Assembly (NCBI RefSeq): GCF_965656025.1 | Contig: NZ_CBFHJT010000002.1 | Location: 11,936-75,935, forward strand | Reading direction: 5' to 3' | Source of the DNA: Polaribacter sp. | GTDB lineage: Bacteria > Bacteroidota > Bacteroidia > Flavobacteriales > Flavobacteriaceae | DNA length: 64,000 nucleotides | Part shown: piece after piece, positions 30,723 to 40,804 of the stretch | Numbering within the stretch: the stretch's first letter is position 1 | Layout: every line of letters begins with the position of its first letter | Position numbers and translations under genes: made by a program | Notes under the pieces: model-generated | Told to the model about the DNA's origin: nothing | What the model saw: the letters and a program-made list of their open reading frames with translations, nothing else | Databases searched by the model: none

Positions 30723-31355
30723 ATGATAAACACTTCTTCTATTTCTACAGAAAATTTCTTTAAACAATCTTCTAAAAAAGTAAGTTTGAGTAATGAACGT
30801 AAAGATTTATTGCTTAAAATTTCTGAAAGTATTGCAAAAGAATACACAAAGAACGAGGTTGTAAATGTAAATTTTATTTGTACACACAACTCTAGAAGAA
30901 GTCAACTTGGGCAAGTTTGGGCATTTTTTGCGGCACAATTTTTCAATTTAAATATAAATGCGTTTTCTGGTGGTACAGAGGTTACTGCATTTTTTAGAAA
31001 TACTGTAAAAACCTTGCAAAAAGTAGGTTTCGATTTTAAAATAGAAGATTTTTCACATCAAAACCCAAAATATATCATTTCTTTTAATGGCAGTAAAAAA
31101 AGTATTTTAGGCTTTTCTAAAAGGTTTGACAATCCTATAAACAAAGATCCTTATATTGCAATTACAACTTGTAACAATGCAGATGCAAATTGCCCTTTTA
31201 TAGCCACTGCGATAGAAAGGTTTCATTTGCCTTTTGTAGACCCAAAGGCTTCAGACGGTACAGATGCACAAGAGGAAACTTATTTAAAAACGAACCAGCA
31301 AATTGCAGCAGAAGTATATTTTATTTTCGAGAGTGTTCAGAAATTAGTGCATTAA
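30723..31355 (+). CDS. LMW phosphatase / arsenate reductase-like protein
   Basis: FICTHNSRRSQ P-loop (CX5R), SGGTE, TC..AD.NCPF, DPK. Confidence 0.8.
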   Translation: MINTSSISTENFFKQSSKKVSLSNERKDLLLKISESIAKEYTKNEVVNVNFICTHNSRRSQLGQVWAFFAAQFFNLNINAFSGGTEVTAFFRNTVKTLQKVGFDFKIEDFSHQNPKYIISFNGSKKSILGFSKRFDNPINKDPYIAITTCNNADANCPFIATAIERFHLPFVDPKASDGTDAQEETYLKTNQQIAAEVYFIFESVQKLVH

Positions 31356-32137
31356 ACTTCTATACTTTTATCGTAAGGTATTCTTTCTAAAACGTGATTG
31401 ATTACGTTAACTCTAGCTTCTGTTTTTCTATTCGCTCTAATTATTTTCCAAGGAGAAATTTCTGTATTGGTTTTTTTAAACATGGCATCTTTATACTCTG
31501 TATATTGATCCCAAAGAATTTGTGCTTTTTCGTCTAATTTGGTCATTTTCCATTGCTTTAGAGGATTACTCTTAATGTCTGCAAAACGTTTGGCTTGTTC
31601 TTTTTTAGAAATAGACATGTAAATTTTCACCAAATGTATTCCAGATTCTAAAATCATCTTTTCAAATTCATTTACCTGATTCATAAAAATCTCGTATTCT
31701 TTTTCTGTACAAAAACCATTTACAGGCTCTACTACTGCTCTATTGTACCAACTTCTATCAAAAAACACCATTTCTCCTGCTTTAGGAAACTGCTCTACAT
31801 AACGTTGAAAATACCATTGAGATTGTTCGTCTTTTGTAGGTTTTGGCAATGCAACAATACGCATATGTCTTGGGTTTATACGCTCTGTTAATCTTCTAAT
31901 AGCACCACCTTTACCGGCAGCATCTCTACCCTGAAAAACAATAATAATTCTTTCATCATTATTTATTGCCCAAGTTTGTAAACGTATTAACTCTACTTGT
32001 AATTTTTTTAATTTTTTTTGATAGTCTACATAACGTAAACCTCTTTCAACATTAAAAGGTTCTTTAGACAATAATGCCAACAGTCCTTTTTTTGTATTTA
32101 ATTTATTTACTTGTTTTTTAGTTAATTTATCGCCCAT
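31352..32137 (-). CDS. ppk2: Polyphosphate kinase 2
   Basis: GRDAAGKGG, WYFQRY, FDRSWYNRA. Confidence 0.93.
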   Translation of the reverse strand: MGDKLTKKQVNKLNTKKGLLALLSKEPFNVERGLRYVDYQKKLKKLQVELIRLQTWAINNDERIIIVFQGRDAAGKGGAIRRLTERINPRHMRIVALPKPTKDEQSQWYFQRYVEQFPKAGEMVFFDRSWYNRAVVEPVNGFCTEKEYEIFMNQVNEFEKMILESGIHLVKIYMSISKKEQAKRFADIKSNPLKQWKMTKLDEKAQILWDQYTEYKDAMFKKTNTEISPWKIIRANRKTEARVNVINHVLERIPYDKSIEV

Positions 32138-32142
32138 AAAAT

Positions 32143-33003
32143 TTAGTCTATATTTTTACTATTAGACCTATAGTAACGCATTACAACGTTTGGGTCTGGA
32201 GTTAAAGTTATTTTTGCACCTTTTTTATCCTCATAATCAAACTGAGATATTACATGTCTCATAGCTTCTAATCTTGCTACTTTTTTATCGTTTGTTTTAA
32301 TCATCATCCAAGGGCTGTATGAAGTGTGTGTTTTAGAAAACATTTCTGCTTTGTAATGTGTGTACTTATCCCAAAGTAATTGACCTTGTTTATCTACAGG
32401 ACTAAACTTCCATCTTTTTAAAGGATTTTCTTTTCGGTCTTCAAATCGTCTTAATTGCTCATCTTTTGTAATAGAAAGCCAAAATTTTATAATAATTACC
32501 CCATCTTCGTACATCATGTGTTCAAACTCTGGTACTTGTACTAAAAATTCTTTGTATTGTTGTTCTGTACAAAAACCCATAACAGGCTCAACTACTGCTC
32601 TATTATACCAGCTTCTATCAAAAAAAACAATTTCACCTGGGTTGGGTAACTCTTTTATATAACGTTGAAAATACCATTGTCCTTTTTCTATTTCTGTAGG
32701 TTTATTTAAGGCTACCAATCTTGTAGAACGCGGATTTAAATGCTCCATAAAACGTCTAATATTCCCTCCTTTACCTGCTGCATCTCTTCCTTCAAAAATA
32801 ATGGCTACCCGTTTTTTTTCTTTAGAAATCCAACGCTGTAGTTTTACCAATTCTATTTGCAATAATTTAAGTTCTTCTGTATAATAAAGTGTCTTTTTTA
32901 CTTTATTAAATAGTGGGCTTTTTTCTTCAATTAAATCGAGTAAATCTGAATTATTTTCAATATTCTGAAAATCTTCTGCAGTAATTTTATTTTTTATACT
33001 CAT
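32143..33003 (-). CDS. ppk2: Polyphosphate kinase 2
   Basis: EGRDAAGKGG, WYFQRY, FDRSWYNRA, PLKRWK.SP.D. Confidence 0.93.
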   Translation of the reverse strand: MSIKNKITAEDFQNIENNSDLLDLIEEKSPLFNKVKKTLYYTEELKLLQIELVKLQRWISKEKKRVAIIFEGRDAAGKGGNIRRFMEHLNPRSTRLVALNKPTEIEKGQWYFQRYIKELPNPGEIVFFDRSWYNRAVVEPVMGFCTEQQYKEFLVQVPEFEHMMYEDGVIIIKFWLSITKDEQLRRFEDRKENPLKRWKFSPVDKQGQLLWDKYTHYKAEMFSKTHTSYSPWMMIKTNDKKVARLEAMRHVISQFDYEDKKGAKITLTPDPNVVMRYYRSNSKNID

Positions 33004-33096
33004 GTGTATTTTTTCGAACCTTAAAAATATTAATTTTTTTTGTTAATTCAGTTAAAAAAAGGTCAATTTAGCTAAGAAATTTTATATTTGTTTTCT

Positions 33097-34047
33097 ATGA
33101 AAAAGAACTTTACGGTTTTATTTTTTTTGATAAGCGCTATTGTTTTTTCGCAAAAAAAATACGCAAAAGAAATTAGTTTTATCACAGAAAATGATTTGTA
33201 CACCTCTACGTATTACGATCGATATTATACAAATGGGATGTTTTTATCCTACAGATACTTAGCAAAAGAAAACAATAAAAATTTAGAGAAAAAAATATTT
33301 GAGTTTACCCTTGGCCACAAAATGTACACGCCTTTTAAAGCCATATTAGTAAACCCAGACAATCATGATAGGCCTTTTGCTGCTTATCTTTATGGTAGTT
33401 TCGGTATCCATAAAATATATAAAAAAAATGCTGCTTTAAAAACATCTTTTCAATTAGGTGTATTAGGTCCAAATGCTTTTGGCAAAAACTTACAAGATTT
33501 TATACACGATATTTATGGTTTTAAAGAAGCTGTTGGTTGGAAATATCAAATTAAAAATGCCATTGGTTTAAATTTTAATGTTGCTTTTGATCAAAAAATG
33601 TTAAATAAAACAGGGGAATATTTTGATGTTTTTTGGACAAACAAAGCAAAAGTTGGTACCATTGATACAAATATTTCTTCTGGATTTTTAACTAGAATTG
33701 GTTTTAAACCTTTACAAAAACTAGCCAATTCTATTGCTTTCAATACCAATATCAATAATAAAAACACAGCATATTACAGAGAGGTTGAATCTTTTCTCTA
33801 TATAAAACCAACGTTAAGATATACTTTGTATGATGCTACGTTACAAGGTAGTTTTTTAAATACTGGTAGTTTGGTTACCAATACATTAAAACCCTTTGTG
33901 TTCAACTTAGAAGTAGGCTATCAGTTTACCGCAAACAGGTTTCATTTTGCTTATATTTATAATTACAACACAGATAAATCTAACAACTTAAATGCTACGA
34001 ATGGTCATACGTATGGTACTATCGCTATTCATTATTTGATAAAATAA
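33097..34047 (+). CDS. Lipid A deacylase LpxR family outer-membrane protein
   Basis: END....DRYYTNG, MYTP, DRPFAAYL, GW..QI motifs; ATG at 33097 preferred. Confidence 0.8.
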   Translation: MKKNFTVLFFLISAIVFSQKKYAKEISFITENDLYTSTYYDRYYTNGMFLSYRYLAKENNKNLEKKIFEFTLGHKMYTPFKAILVNPDNHDRPFAAYLYGSFGIHKIYKKNAALKTSFQLGVLGPNAFGKNLQDFIHDIYGFKEAVGWKYQIKNAIGLNFNVAFDQKMLNKTGEYFDVFWTNKAKVGTIDTNISSGFLTRIGFKPLQKLANSIAFNTNINNKNTAYYREVESFLYIKPTLRYTLYDATLQGSFLNTGSLVTNTLKPFVFNLEVGYQFTANRFHFAYIYNYNTDKSNNLNATNGHTYGTIAIHYLIK

Positions 34048-34051
34048 ATAC

Positions 34052-35470
34052 TTAGAAAAAATCGTCTTTAAAACCAATTAAATAAAGTTTTTCTTGCGCT
34101 CTGGTTATAGCTGTATACAACCATCTAAAGTATTCTTTAGAGACACCATCTGGTAAATAAGGTTGTTCTACAAATACGGTTTTCCATTGTCCTCCTTGAG
34201 ATTTATGACAAGTCATTGCATAAGAAAACTTTACTTGTAGTGCATTAAAATATTTGTTCTTTTTAATGGCTAAAAACTGTTTGTATTTCGATTTTTCGTC
34301 TGCATAATCTTCTTTAACAGCCTGATACAATTTATTAGATTCATCATAAGTTAAAGACGGACTCTCACTAGTTAAAGTATCTAAAAGTAAAACGGTTTCA
34401 AAAGGGTGCATATCTGGATAATCAATCATTCTAATTTCTACCTCTGCAAATTTAAAACCATATAATTCTTTAATTGAAAAGATTTTTAAGACCTCGCAAA
34501 TATCGCCATTAGCAATAAAACCTGCTTTTGAGGATTCTGGCAACCAAAAATAATTGTTTTTCACAATCATAATATAATCGCCTGCAGAAATTTCGTTTTC
34601 TTGCCCTCTAATGTTGTATCTAATTTGTTGATTGTATTGGTTAGCGCGTTTGTTAGATCGCACAATAAAGGCGGTATCTTCTACACCAAAATTATCATAA
34701 GCAGTTACAATGGCGTCCTCTATATCATAGCCATCTTCTAACCTTTTAATATCAGGATAGTTTAAATCAAAAGCAAAATTAGTATGGTCGTTTCTTAAAA
34801 GCAGTCTTAAAAAAGTTGCGTTTGCTAAAATGCCAGAGTTTTCATGCTGACGCATTACTTCGTCTAACTCAATTTCTGTTACTGACTTTTGAAAATGATA
34901 TTGTAGCGTCTCTTTTTCTAAAGCTGGAGAAACGTCTAATTTTACAGGTGGTAATTGGGCAGTATCTCCAATAAAAATGAGTTTACAATTTACACCTGAA
35001 TATACGTAAGAAATTAAATCGTCTAAAAGAGAACTGCTATCAAACAATTGTTGGTTTTGCTTACCATCTGGTATCATAGAAGCTTCATCTACAATAAAAA
35101 TGGTATTTCTATGCTTATTCGGTTGTAAAACAAAAGCAACAGAACCATTACTTTGCTTTTTAGGAAAATAAATTTTTTTATGGATAGTAAAAGCTGGTTT
35201 TTTTGAATACACAGCAATTACTTTTGCTGCCCTACCTGTGGGTGCCAATAAAACCGATTTTTTTCCAGCTGTCCACAAAGAATTTACAAAAGCCCCAATA
35301 GTGGTAGTTTTACCAGTACCTGCATAACCTTTTAGTAAAAACAAACTATCTTTTTCTTCATCAAAAATAAAATTGCTTAATAAACTTAATAAATCTCGCT
35401 GTTTTGTAGTGGGTTCAAAAGGAAATTTTTTTAATAATTCTCTATTAAATTTTGCTGAAGTTTCTATCAT
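34052..35470 (-). CDS. RecD-like SF1 DNA helicase / ATP-dependent nuclease
   Basis: GYAGTGKTT, APTGRAA, IVDEASM, GDTAQLPPV, YAMTCHKSQG, LYTAITRA. Confidence 0.9.
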   Translation of the reverse strand: MIETSAKFNRELLKKFPFEPTTKQRDLLSLLSNFIFDEEKDSLFLLKGYAGTGKTTTIGAFVNSLWTAGKKSVLLAPTGRAAKVIAVYSKKPAFTIHKKIYFPKKQSNGSVAFVLQPNKHRNTIFIVDEASMIPDGKQNQQLFDSSSLLDDLISYVYSGVNCKLIFIGDTAQLPPVKLDVSPALEKETLQYHFQKSVTEIELDEVMRQHENSGILANATFLRLLLRNDHTNFAFDLNYPDIKRLEDGYDIEDAIVTAYDNFGVEDTAFIVRSNKRANQYNQQIRYNIRGQENEISAGDYIMIVKNNYFWLPESSKAGFIANGDICEVLKIFSIKELYGFKFAEVEIRMIDYPDMHPFETVLLLDTLTSESPSLTYDESNKLYQAVKEDYADEKSKYKQFLAIKKNKYFNALQVKFSYAMTCHKSQGGQWKTVFVEQPYLPDGVSKEYFRWLYTAITRAQEKLYLIGFKDDFF

Positions 35471-35575
35471 ATTTTAATTAAAACATCAAAGATACATTGA
35501 TTTGCAAATAAAAGTTTTTATCATTAAAAAAAAATTGTAGATTTGCGTTAAGACTATTAAAAATATAAATAAAAA

Positions 35576-36304
35576 ATGGGATTAATTGGAATGATTTTGG
35601 CTGCAGTATTAGTTGCTGTACTCTTAGCTATAGTTATAGTTAAGTTTTTACCTTTAAAATTAAGATGGATAGCATCTTTACTATTGTTATTTTTAGCAAT
35701 TTTTCTGGGTTATAAAATTTACAATGGTATTATGGAACCTATTAATTTTAACAAGAATAAAGTTAAAAAATATGCTCCAGTTATTAAAAAACTTAAAATT
35801 ATTAGAGATGCAGAAGTTAAGTTTAACGAAGCTACTGGTAATTACACCGCAGACAAAAATGTTCTAATTAAATTTATAGATTCTGCAAAATTAGCACTTA
35901 CCAACACTAGAACTATTGTAGAAAAAGTAAATAGAGGTGGTGGTATTATAGATGATGTAGAAGTTAGAGTAACAGATACCATTGGGTATGAACCTGTTTT
36001 AAAATACTTTAAAGATAGAGATTATAAAAACATGTTTAAAGTACCTAATACAGACAAAGAGTTTGAATTAGAAACAGGTACTGTAGAAAAAATACCTGGT
36101 TTAGTTGTACCTACTTTTAGAGCTAGAACTTCTAAAGAAGACCTTTTGAAAGGTATGAATGAATCTCTAGTAAAACAAGAATTAGAAGCTATAGCAACAG
36201 ACCAAATTAAAGGTGAGTATGTTTCTGTAGGTTCTTTAGAAGAAGTAACAACAGGTGGAAACTGGCCACCATCATATGATAAAAAAGGTGAAAATAAGGA
36301 ATAG
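35576..36304 (+). CDS. Hypothetical membrane-anchored protein
   Basis: Two N-terminal TM helices; C-terminal VGSL......GNW; TAGATTTG -7 element at 35538-35545. Confidence 0.7.
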   Translation: MGLIGMILAAVLVAVLLAIVIVKFLPLKLRWIASLLLLFLAIFLGYKIYNGIMEPINFNKNKVKKYAPVIKKLKIIRDAEVKFNEATGNYTADKNVLIKFIDSAKLALTNTRTIVEKVNRGGGIIDDVEVRVTDTIGYEPVLKYFKDRDYKNMFKVPNTDKEFELETGTVEKIPGLVVPTFRARTSKEDLLKGMNESLVKQELEAIATDQIKGEYVSVGSLEEVTTGGNWPPSYDKKGENKE

Positions 36305-37109
36305 TAATATCTCTTTAAATAACTCCAAAGAAAATAAATTATCCATCCAATTTAATTTGGATGGATTTTCTTTTTGTATCCACAACCCAAATACAAATGA
36401 AGATGTTTATTTTTCTGAATATTCTTTTGTGGAAACACTAAAAACTCCTGAAGAATTATTAGAAAAAATAAAGGGAATCTTTAAAGAAGATACTATTTTA
36501 CAAAAAGATTTTAATGAGGTGCAAGTAATTCATCAAAACAACTTAAATACATTAGTACCTTCATCATTTTTTAACGAAAATCATTTAAAAACCTATTTGA
36601 GTACCAACATAAAAACGCTTGCTACAGATTTTATAACTTTTGATGAAATAAAAACTTTAAGTACACATAATGTTTATATACCATATGTAAATATTAATAA
36701 TTATTTTTTTCAGCATTTTGGCGAGTTTGAGTACAAACATCATACAACTGCATTTATAGAAAAAATTATAAAACTAAATATTGCTAAAGAACAAACAATG
36801 TTTGTAAACGTGTCTAAAAATAGCTTAGACATTTTAGTTATAGAAAATAATAAAATCCTTTTAGCTAATAGTTTTAGCTACAATAGTAAAGAAGATTTTA
36901 TTTATTATATTTTATTTGTTGCAGAACAACTTAATCTAAATACAAATATGTTTTCTCTTTATTTTACAGGTATCATAACTTTAGAGAGTGATATTTACAA
37001 AATAGCGTTTAACTTTATTAGAAATATTTATTTTTTAGAAAGCAACAATCCTATTTTTAATCATTTAAATATTGATAAACATCACAATTATATATTATTA
37101 GGCTCATGA
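36276..37109 (+). CDS. DUF3822 family protein
   Basis: LSIQ..LDGFSF, TLVP, DFIYYILF..EQL; lies directly upstream of rsmD; start uncertain. Confidence 0.75.
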   Translation: MIKKVKIRNSNISLNNSKENKLSIQFNLDGFSFCIHNPNTNEDVYFSEYSFVETLKTPEELLEKIKGIFKEDTILQKDFNEVQVIHQNNLNTLVPSSFFNENHLKTYLSTNIKTLATDFITFDEIKTLSTHNVYIPYVNINNYFFQHFGEFEYKHHTTAFIEKIIKLNIAKEQTMFVNVSKNSLDILVIENNKILLANSFSYNSKEDFIYYILFVAEQLNLNTNMFSLYFTGIITLESDIYKIAFNFIRNIYFLESNNPIFNHLNIDKHHNYILLGS

Positions 37110-37657
37110 GAATAATATCTGGTAAATATAAGTCTAGACGAATACAAGCTCCTAAAAACTTGCCTGTAAGACCTACAACAGACATGGCAAAAGAGTCTTT
37201 GTTTAACATTTTAAATAATACTTATTATTTTGATGCTATTTCAGTAATAGATTTATTTTCGGGCACAGGTAATATTAGCTATGAGTTTGCTTCTAGAGGC
37301 ACTAAAACCATTTATGCTATAGATGCTAATTTTGGATGTATTAAGTTTATCAACAGCACTTCTAAAGTCTTAGATTTAGATATTAATACTTATAAGAGTG
37401 ATGTCTATAAATTTTTAGAAAAAACAAATTTAAATGCAGATGTTGTTTTTGCAGACCCACCTTATGATTTTGAAACTGAACAATTTTTAAAAATTGTAGA
37501 CTTAGTTTTTGAAAACAATATTTTAAATGAAGAAGGCGTTTTAATTGTAGAGCACTCTAAACACACAGATTTATCTAAACATGCAAAACATCGTTATGAT
37601 AAACGTTATGGTGGTAACGTGTTTAGTTTTTTTGATAATAATTTAGAAGAAAACTAA
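37106..37657 (+). CDS. rsmD: 16S rRNA m2G966 methyltransferase
   Basis: MRIISG, RPTTD..KESLFN, DLFSGTG, DPPY. Confidence 0.92.
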   Translation: MRIISGKYKSRRIQAPKNLPVRPTTDMAKESLFNILNNTYYFDAISVIDLFSGTGNISYEFASRGTKTIYAIDANFGCIKFINSTSKVLDLDINTYKSDVYKFLEKTNLNADVVFADPPYDFETEQFLKIVDLVFENNILNEEGVLIVEHSKHTDLSKHAKHRYDKRYGGNVFSFFDNNLEEN

Positions 37658-38611
37658 CTACAATAAAGAAGTGATGATATCAGAAATGGTAATACCTTCT
37701 GCTTCTGCTTTGTAATTCTTAACAATTCTGTGAGAAAGAATTGGTATCGCTACAGCTTTTACATCTTCTATATCTGGTGAATATTTGCCATTAACCGCTG
37801 CATGTGCTTTCGCTGCTAAAATTAAATTTTGAGAGGCTCTTGGACCTGCACCCCAATCTAAATAACTTTTTACCATTTCAGTTGCTTGGTTAGATTTTGG
37901 TCTGGTTTTCCCCACCAAACTAACAGCATACTCTATCACATTATCTGCAACAGGAATTTTACGAATCAATTTTTGTATTTCTACAATTTCGTTACCATTA
38001 AAAATGGCATTTATATTTTGATCTATAATAGATGTAGTACTTTTTACTACTTGTACTTCTTCTGCAAAAGTTGGGTATTCTAAATTGATAGAAAACATAA
38101 AACGATCTAACTGTGCTTCTGGTAAAGGGTAAGTACCTTCTTGCTCAATTGGGTTTTGTGTTGCCAAAACAAAAAATGGTAAATCTAATTTATAATGATT
38201 TCCAGAAACTGTTACGGAACGTTCTTGCATTGCCTCTAATAATGCAGCTTGTGTTTTAGGTGGAGTTCTGTTTATTTCGTCTGCTAAAATAATGTTAGAA
38301 AAAATAGGCCCTTTTATAAACTTAAACTTTCTATTTTCATCTAAAATTTCGCTCCCTAAAATATCTGAAGGCATTAAATCTGGCGTAAATTGTATTCTAT
38401 TAAAATGCAAACCTAAAGCATCAGAAACCGTATTTACTAAAAGTGTTTTTGCCAAACCTGGCACACCAATTAATAAAGAATGCCCACCACAAAAAATAGA
38501 TAATAATGTAAAATTTACAGCTTCTTTCTGCCCTATAATAACTTTGCCTATTTCTGTCTTTAGCAAATCAAACTTTGCTACTAATTCATTTACTGCTTTA
38601 ACGTCTGACAT
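37658..38611 (-). CDS. MoxR family AAA+ ATPase
   Basis: GVPGLAKT, RIQFTPDLMPSD, DEINR, ATQNPIEQEGTYPLPEAQLDRF. Confidence 0.93.
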   Translation of the reverse strand: MSDVKAVNELVAKFDLLKTEIGKVIIGQKEAVNFTLLSIFCGGHSLLIGVPGLAKTLLVNTVSDALGLHFNRIQFTPDLMPSDILGSEILDENRKFKFIKGPIFSNIILADEINRTPPKTQAALLEAMQERSVTVSGNHYKLDLPFFVLATQNPIEQEGTYPLPEAQLDRFMFSINLEYPTFAEEVQVVKSTTSIIDQNINAIFNGNEIVEIQKLIRKIPVADNVIEYAVSLVGKTRPKSNQATEMVKSYLDWGAGPRASQNLILAAKAHAAVNGKYSPDIEDVKAVAIPILSHRIVKNYKAEAEGITISDIITSLL

Positions 38612-39993
38612 TATTTACTAATTTCTTTTTTCCAGTTCTTTTCAAAAGAACATTTTTTATAATCTTCGCTAATTTTAATGTAGGTGTCTTTTATTTTGTC
38701 TTTTGCCCACTTTTCGATGATTTCTTCTTTCTTTTTCTTTAAAGCTAAGTCTTGCACTTTTACATAATCATCTACCAAATCTGCTTTATGAGTATCAGTT
38801 TTTTCTCTCATTAAAATAAATTTGTACATTTTTTCTCCTCCTGAAGATTCATCATAAAAAACGTCAGATAATTCCCCTGTTTTAAGCTCGTTAACTCTGG
38901 CATACATTGCTGGATCCATTCTTGTTAACTCAAATCGAGATTCTCCTGTATAAGGGTTTAAAATTAAACCATTGTTGTTTTTAGATTGCTTATCATCTGA
39001 AAACTTTTTTACAGCTTCTTCAAACGTTAATTTACCAGCTTCTATATCTCTTTTGATTTCTTCTACCTTAAGCTGTATTTCTTTTAGTCTAGCTTCAGGT
39101 ATTTCTGGTTGCATTAAAATATGAGATACTATTCTTGTATTTCCTTTAATTTCGTGTAGTAAAATAATATGATATCCATAAACTGTTTTAAAAGGCTCAG
39201 AAATTTGTCCTTTTTCTAATGAAAAAGAAACCTCTTTAAACTCTTTAATTAAACTAGCTTCTTTAGTCACCATAATTTTACCTCCATTTTGGGTAACACC
39301 AGGGTCTTTAGAGTTTATAATCGCTTTTAATCTAAAGCTTGCTCCCTCTAAAACTTCTTGTCTAATTTCATTTAATTTATCTATTACTTTTTTATTTTCT
39401 TTTGGCGTTGGTTCTGCATTCATAACCAATTGTGCCAATTCTATTTCTGCAGCAAATTCTGGCAGTTCTCCTTTTTCTTTTAATCCATTGTAATACAAAC
39501 GAACTTCTTCTGGAGTAACATCTACTTTTTCTGTAATTTTAAGTTGTTCTTTTTCTACTAAAATATTTTCTTTTTGCACATTGTACAATTCTTCTTTTAA
39601 ATCTGTTAAGTCGTTAAAACCATAAGCTTGTATTACTTTGTCTAAACTACCATATTGTTGTGTGAAAAATTGCACACTTCTCTCTACTCTAGAATTTACT
39701 TCTGTATCAGAAACGGTAACACTATCTATAACTGCATGATGAGATAATAGTTTTTGTTGCATTAATTCTTCTAACATTTCACAATTAGAAATGGTTATTT
39801 TACCTTCACTTCTAAGTTCTACTTCTTGCTTAAACTTCTCAATATCAGAGTCTAAAACTATATTTTTACCTACAACAACTGCTACGCCATCAATTTTTAC
39901 TCTTTGTGCATTTATTTGATATACACTTAGTAACATAAATGTGATGATAATAAGTTGCTTAGTATATTTTAAAGTTATTTTTTTCTGTGGCAT
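38611..39993 (-). CDS. SurA-like parvulin peptidyl-prolyl isomerase
   Basis: IDGVAVVVG..IVLDSD SurA N-domain; GQISEPFKT.YGYHII rotamase motif. Confidence 0.85.
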   Translation of the reverse strand: MPQKKITLKYTKQLIIITFMLLSVYQINAQRVKIDGVAVVVGKNIVLDSDIEKFKQEVELRSEGKITISNCEMLEELMQQKLLSHHAVIDSVTVSDTEVNSRVERSVQFFTQQYGSLDKVIQAYGFNDLTDLKEELYNVQKENILVEKEQLKITEKVDVTPEEVRLYYNGLKEKGELPEFAAEIELAQLVMNAEPTPKENKKVIDKLNEIRQEVLEGASFRLKAIINSKDPGVTQNGGKIMVTKEASLIKEFKEVSFSLEKGQISEPFKTVYGYHIILLHEIKGNTRIVSHILMQPEIPEARLKEIQLKVEEIKRDIEAGKLTFEEAVKKFSDDKQSKNNNGLILNPYTGESRFELTRMDPAMYARVNELKTGELSDVFYDESSGGEKMYKFILMREKTDTHKADLVDDYVKVQDLALKKKKEEIIEKWAKDKIKDTYIKISEDYKKCSFEKNWKKEISK

Positions 39994-40804
39994 CTTTTAC
40001 TATTATTTTTTCTATTTCTCTAATTAGTTCGATTTTACGTTTGTGTAAAATCATTTCTTTTATAGTAGGTTCTATATAACTTAGGGGTGCAATATCGTTT
40101 CTATTTAAAACGTCTTTAACAGCGACCAAATATAAACCTAATGAGTCTTGTTTTTGAATGAATTTTGTTTTTTTTAACAAATTTTCTTTAGAAATCGGTA
40201 GTTTTAACAAAATCTTGTCTAGCTGCGTCCAAACAGAATCGTTTAATTGGTATTTTTTAAAACTTAATTGCATTTGTTCTAATTGTTCTGCTGCTTCTGT
40301 GTCATTAGATTTAAAAAGTTTTATAATTTCTTTTTTATCGTTGATGTTATTATCAAAATGCAAGTATCTTAATTTTAACAACTCCTCATTCAGTTTAAAA
40401 TTCTCTTTATTAAAGTTATAATAATTTTCTACTTCTTCTGGAGAGATAATGGTATCTAATTGCTGTTTTATGAGCTCTTCTTTGTAGTTATTTATTAAAA
40501 GACTCTCTTTATAATCTTGTACAAGTTTGTTTATATTTTCTAAAGCTTCTAAAGAATTATTTTTTTCAGCTTTTTTAATTAAAAGCTTTTTTATTGCCCA
40601 ATCTTGTATATAACTTTTCACTAGAAGTAAACTGTCTTCTTTTGTTATGGTTTTTGGCAAAATATCTTTTAAATCTTCTCTAAAAAGTTTTTCTGTACCT
40701 ACAATAGCAACAATTTCTGATGTACTTGCTCGTTTTTCTTGTACCGCAAAATAATCGCAAGAAGCAAATAGTATCACACAAAAAAATATTACTAAAAATC
40801 TCAT
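39959..40804 (-). CDS. PPIase-like lipoprotein
   Basis: Lipobox FASC; IVA.VG..L, W...LL..KA, EVENYY..NKENF; within the PPIase operon. Confidence 0.65.
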   Translation of the reverse strand: MRFLVIFFCVILFASCDYFAVQEKRASTSEIVAIVGTEKLFREDLKDILPKTITKEDSLLLVKSYIQDWAIKKLLIKKAEKNNSLEALENINKLVQDYKESLLINNYKEELIKQQLDTIISPEEVENYYNFNKENFKLNEELLKLRYLHFDNNINDKKEIIKLFKSNDTEAAEQLEQMQLSFKKYQLNDSVWTQLDKILLKLPISKENLLKKTKFIQKQDSLGLYLVAVKDVLNRNDIAPLSYIEPTIKEMILHKRKIELIREIEKIIVKDATEKNNFKIY

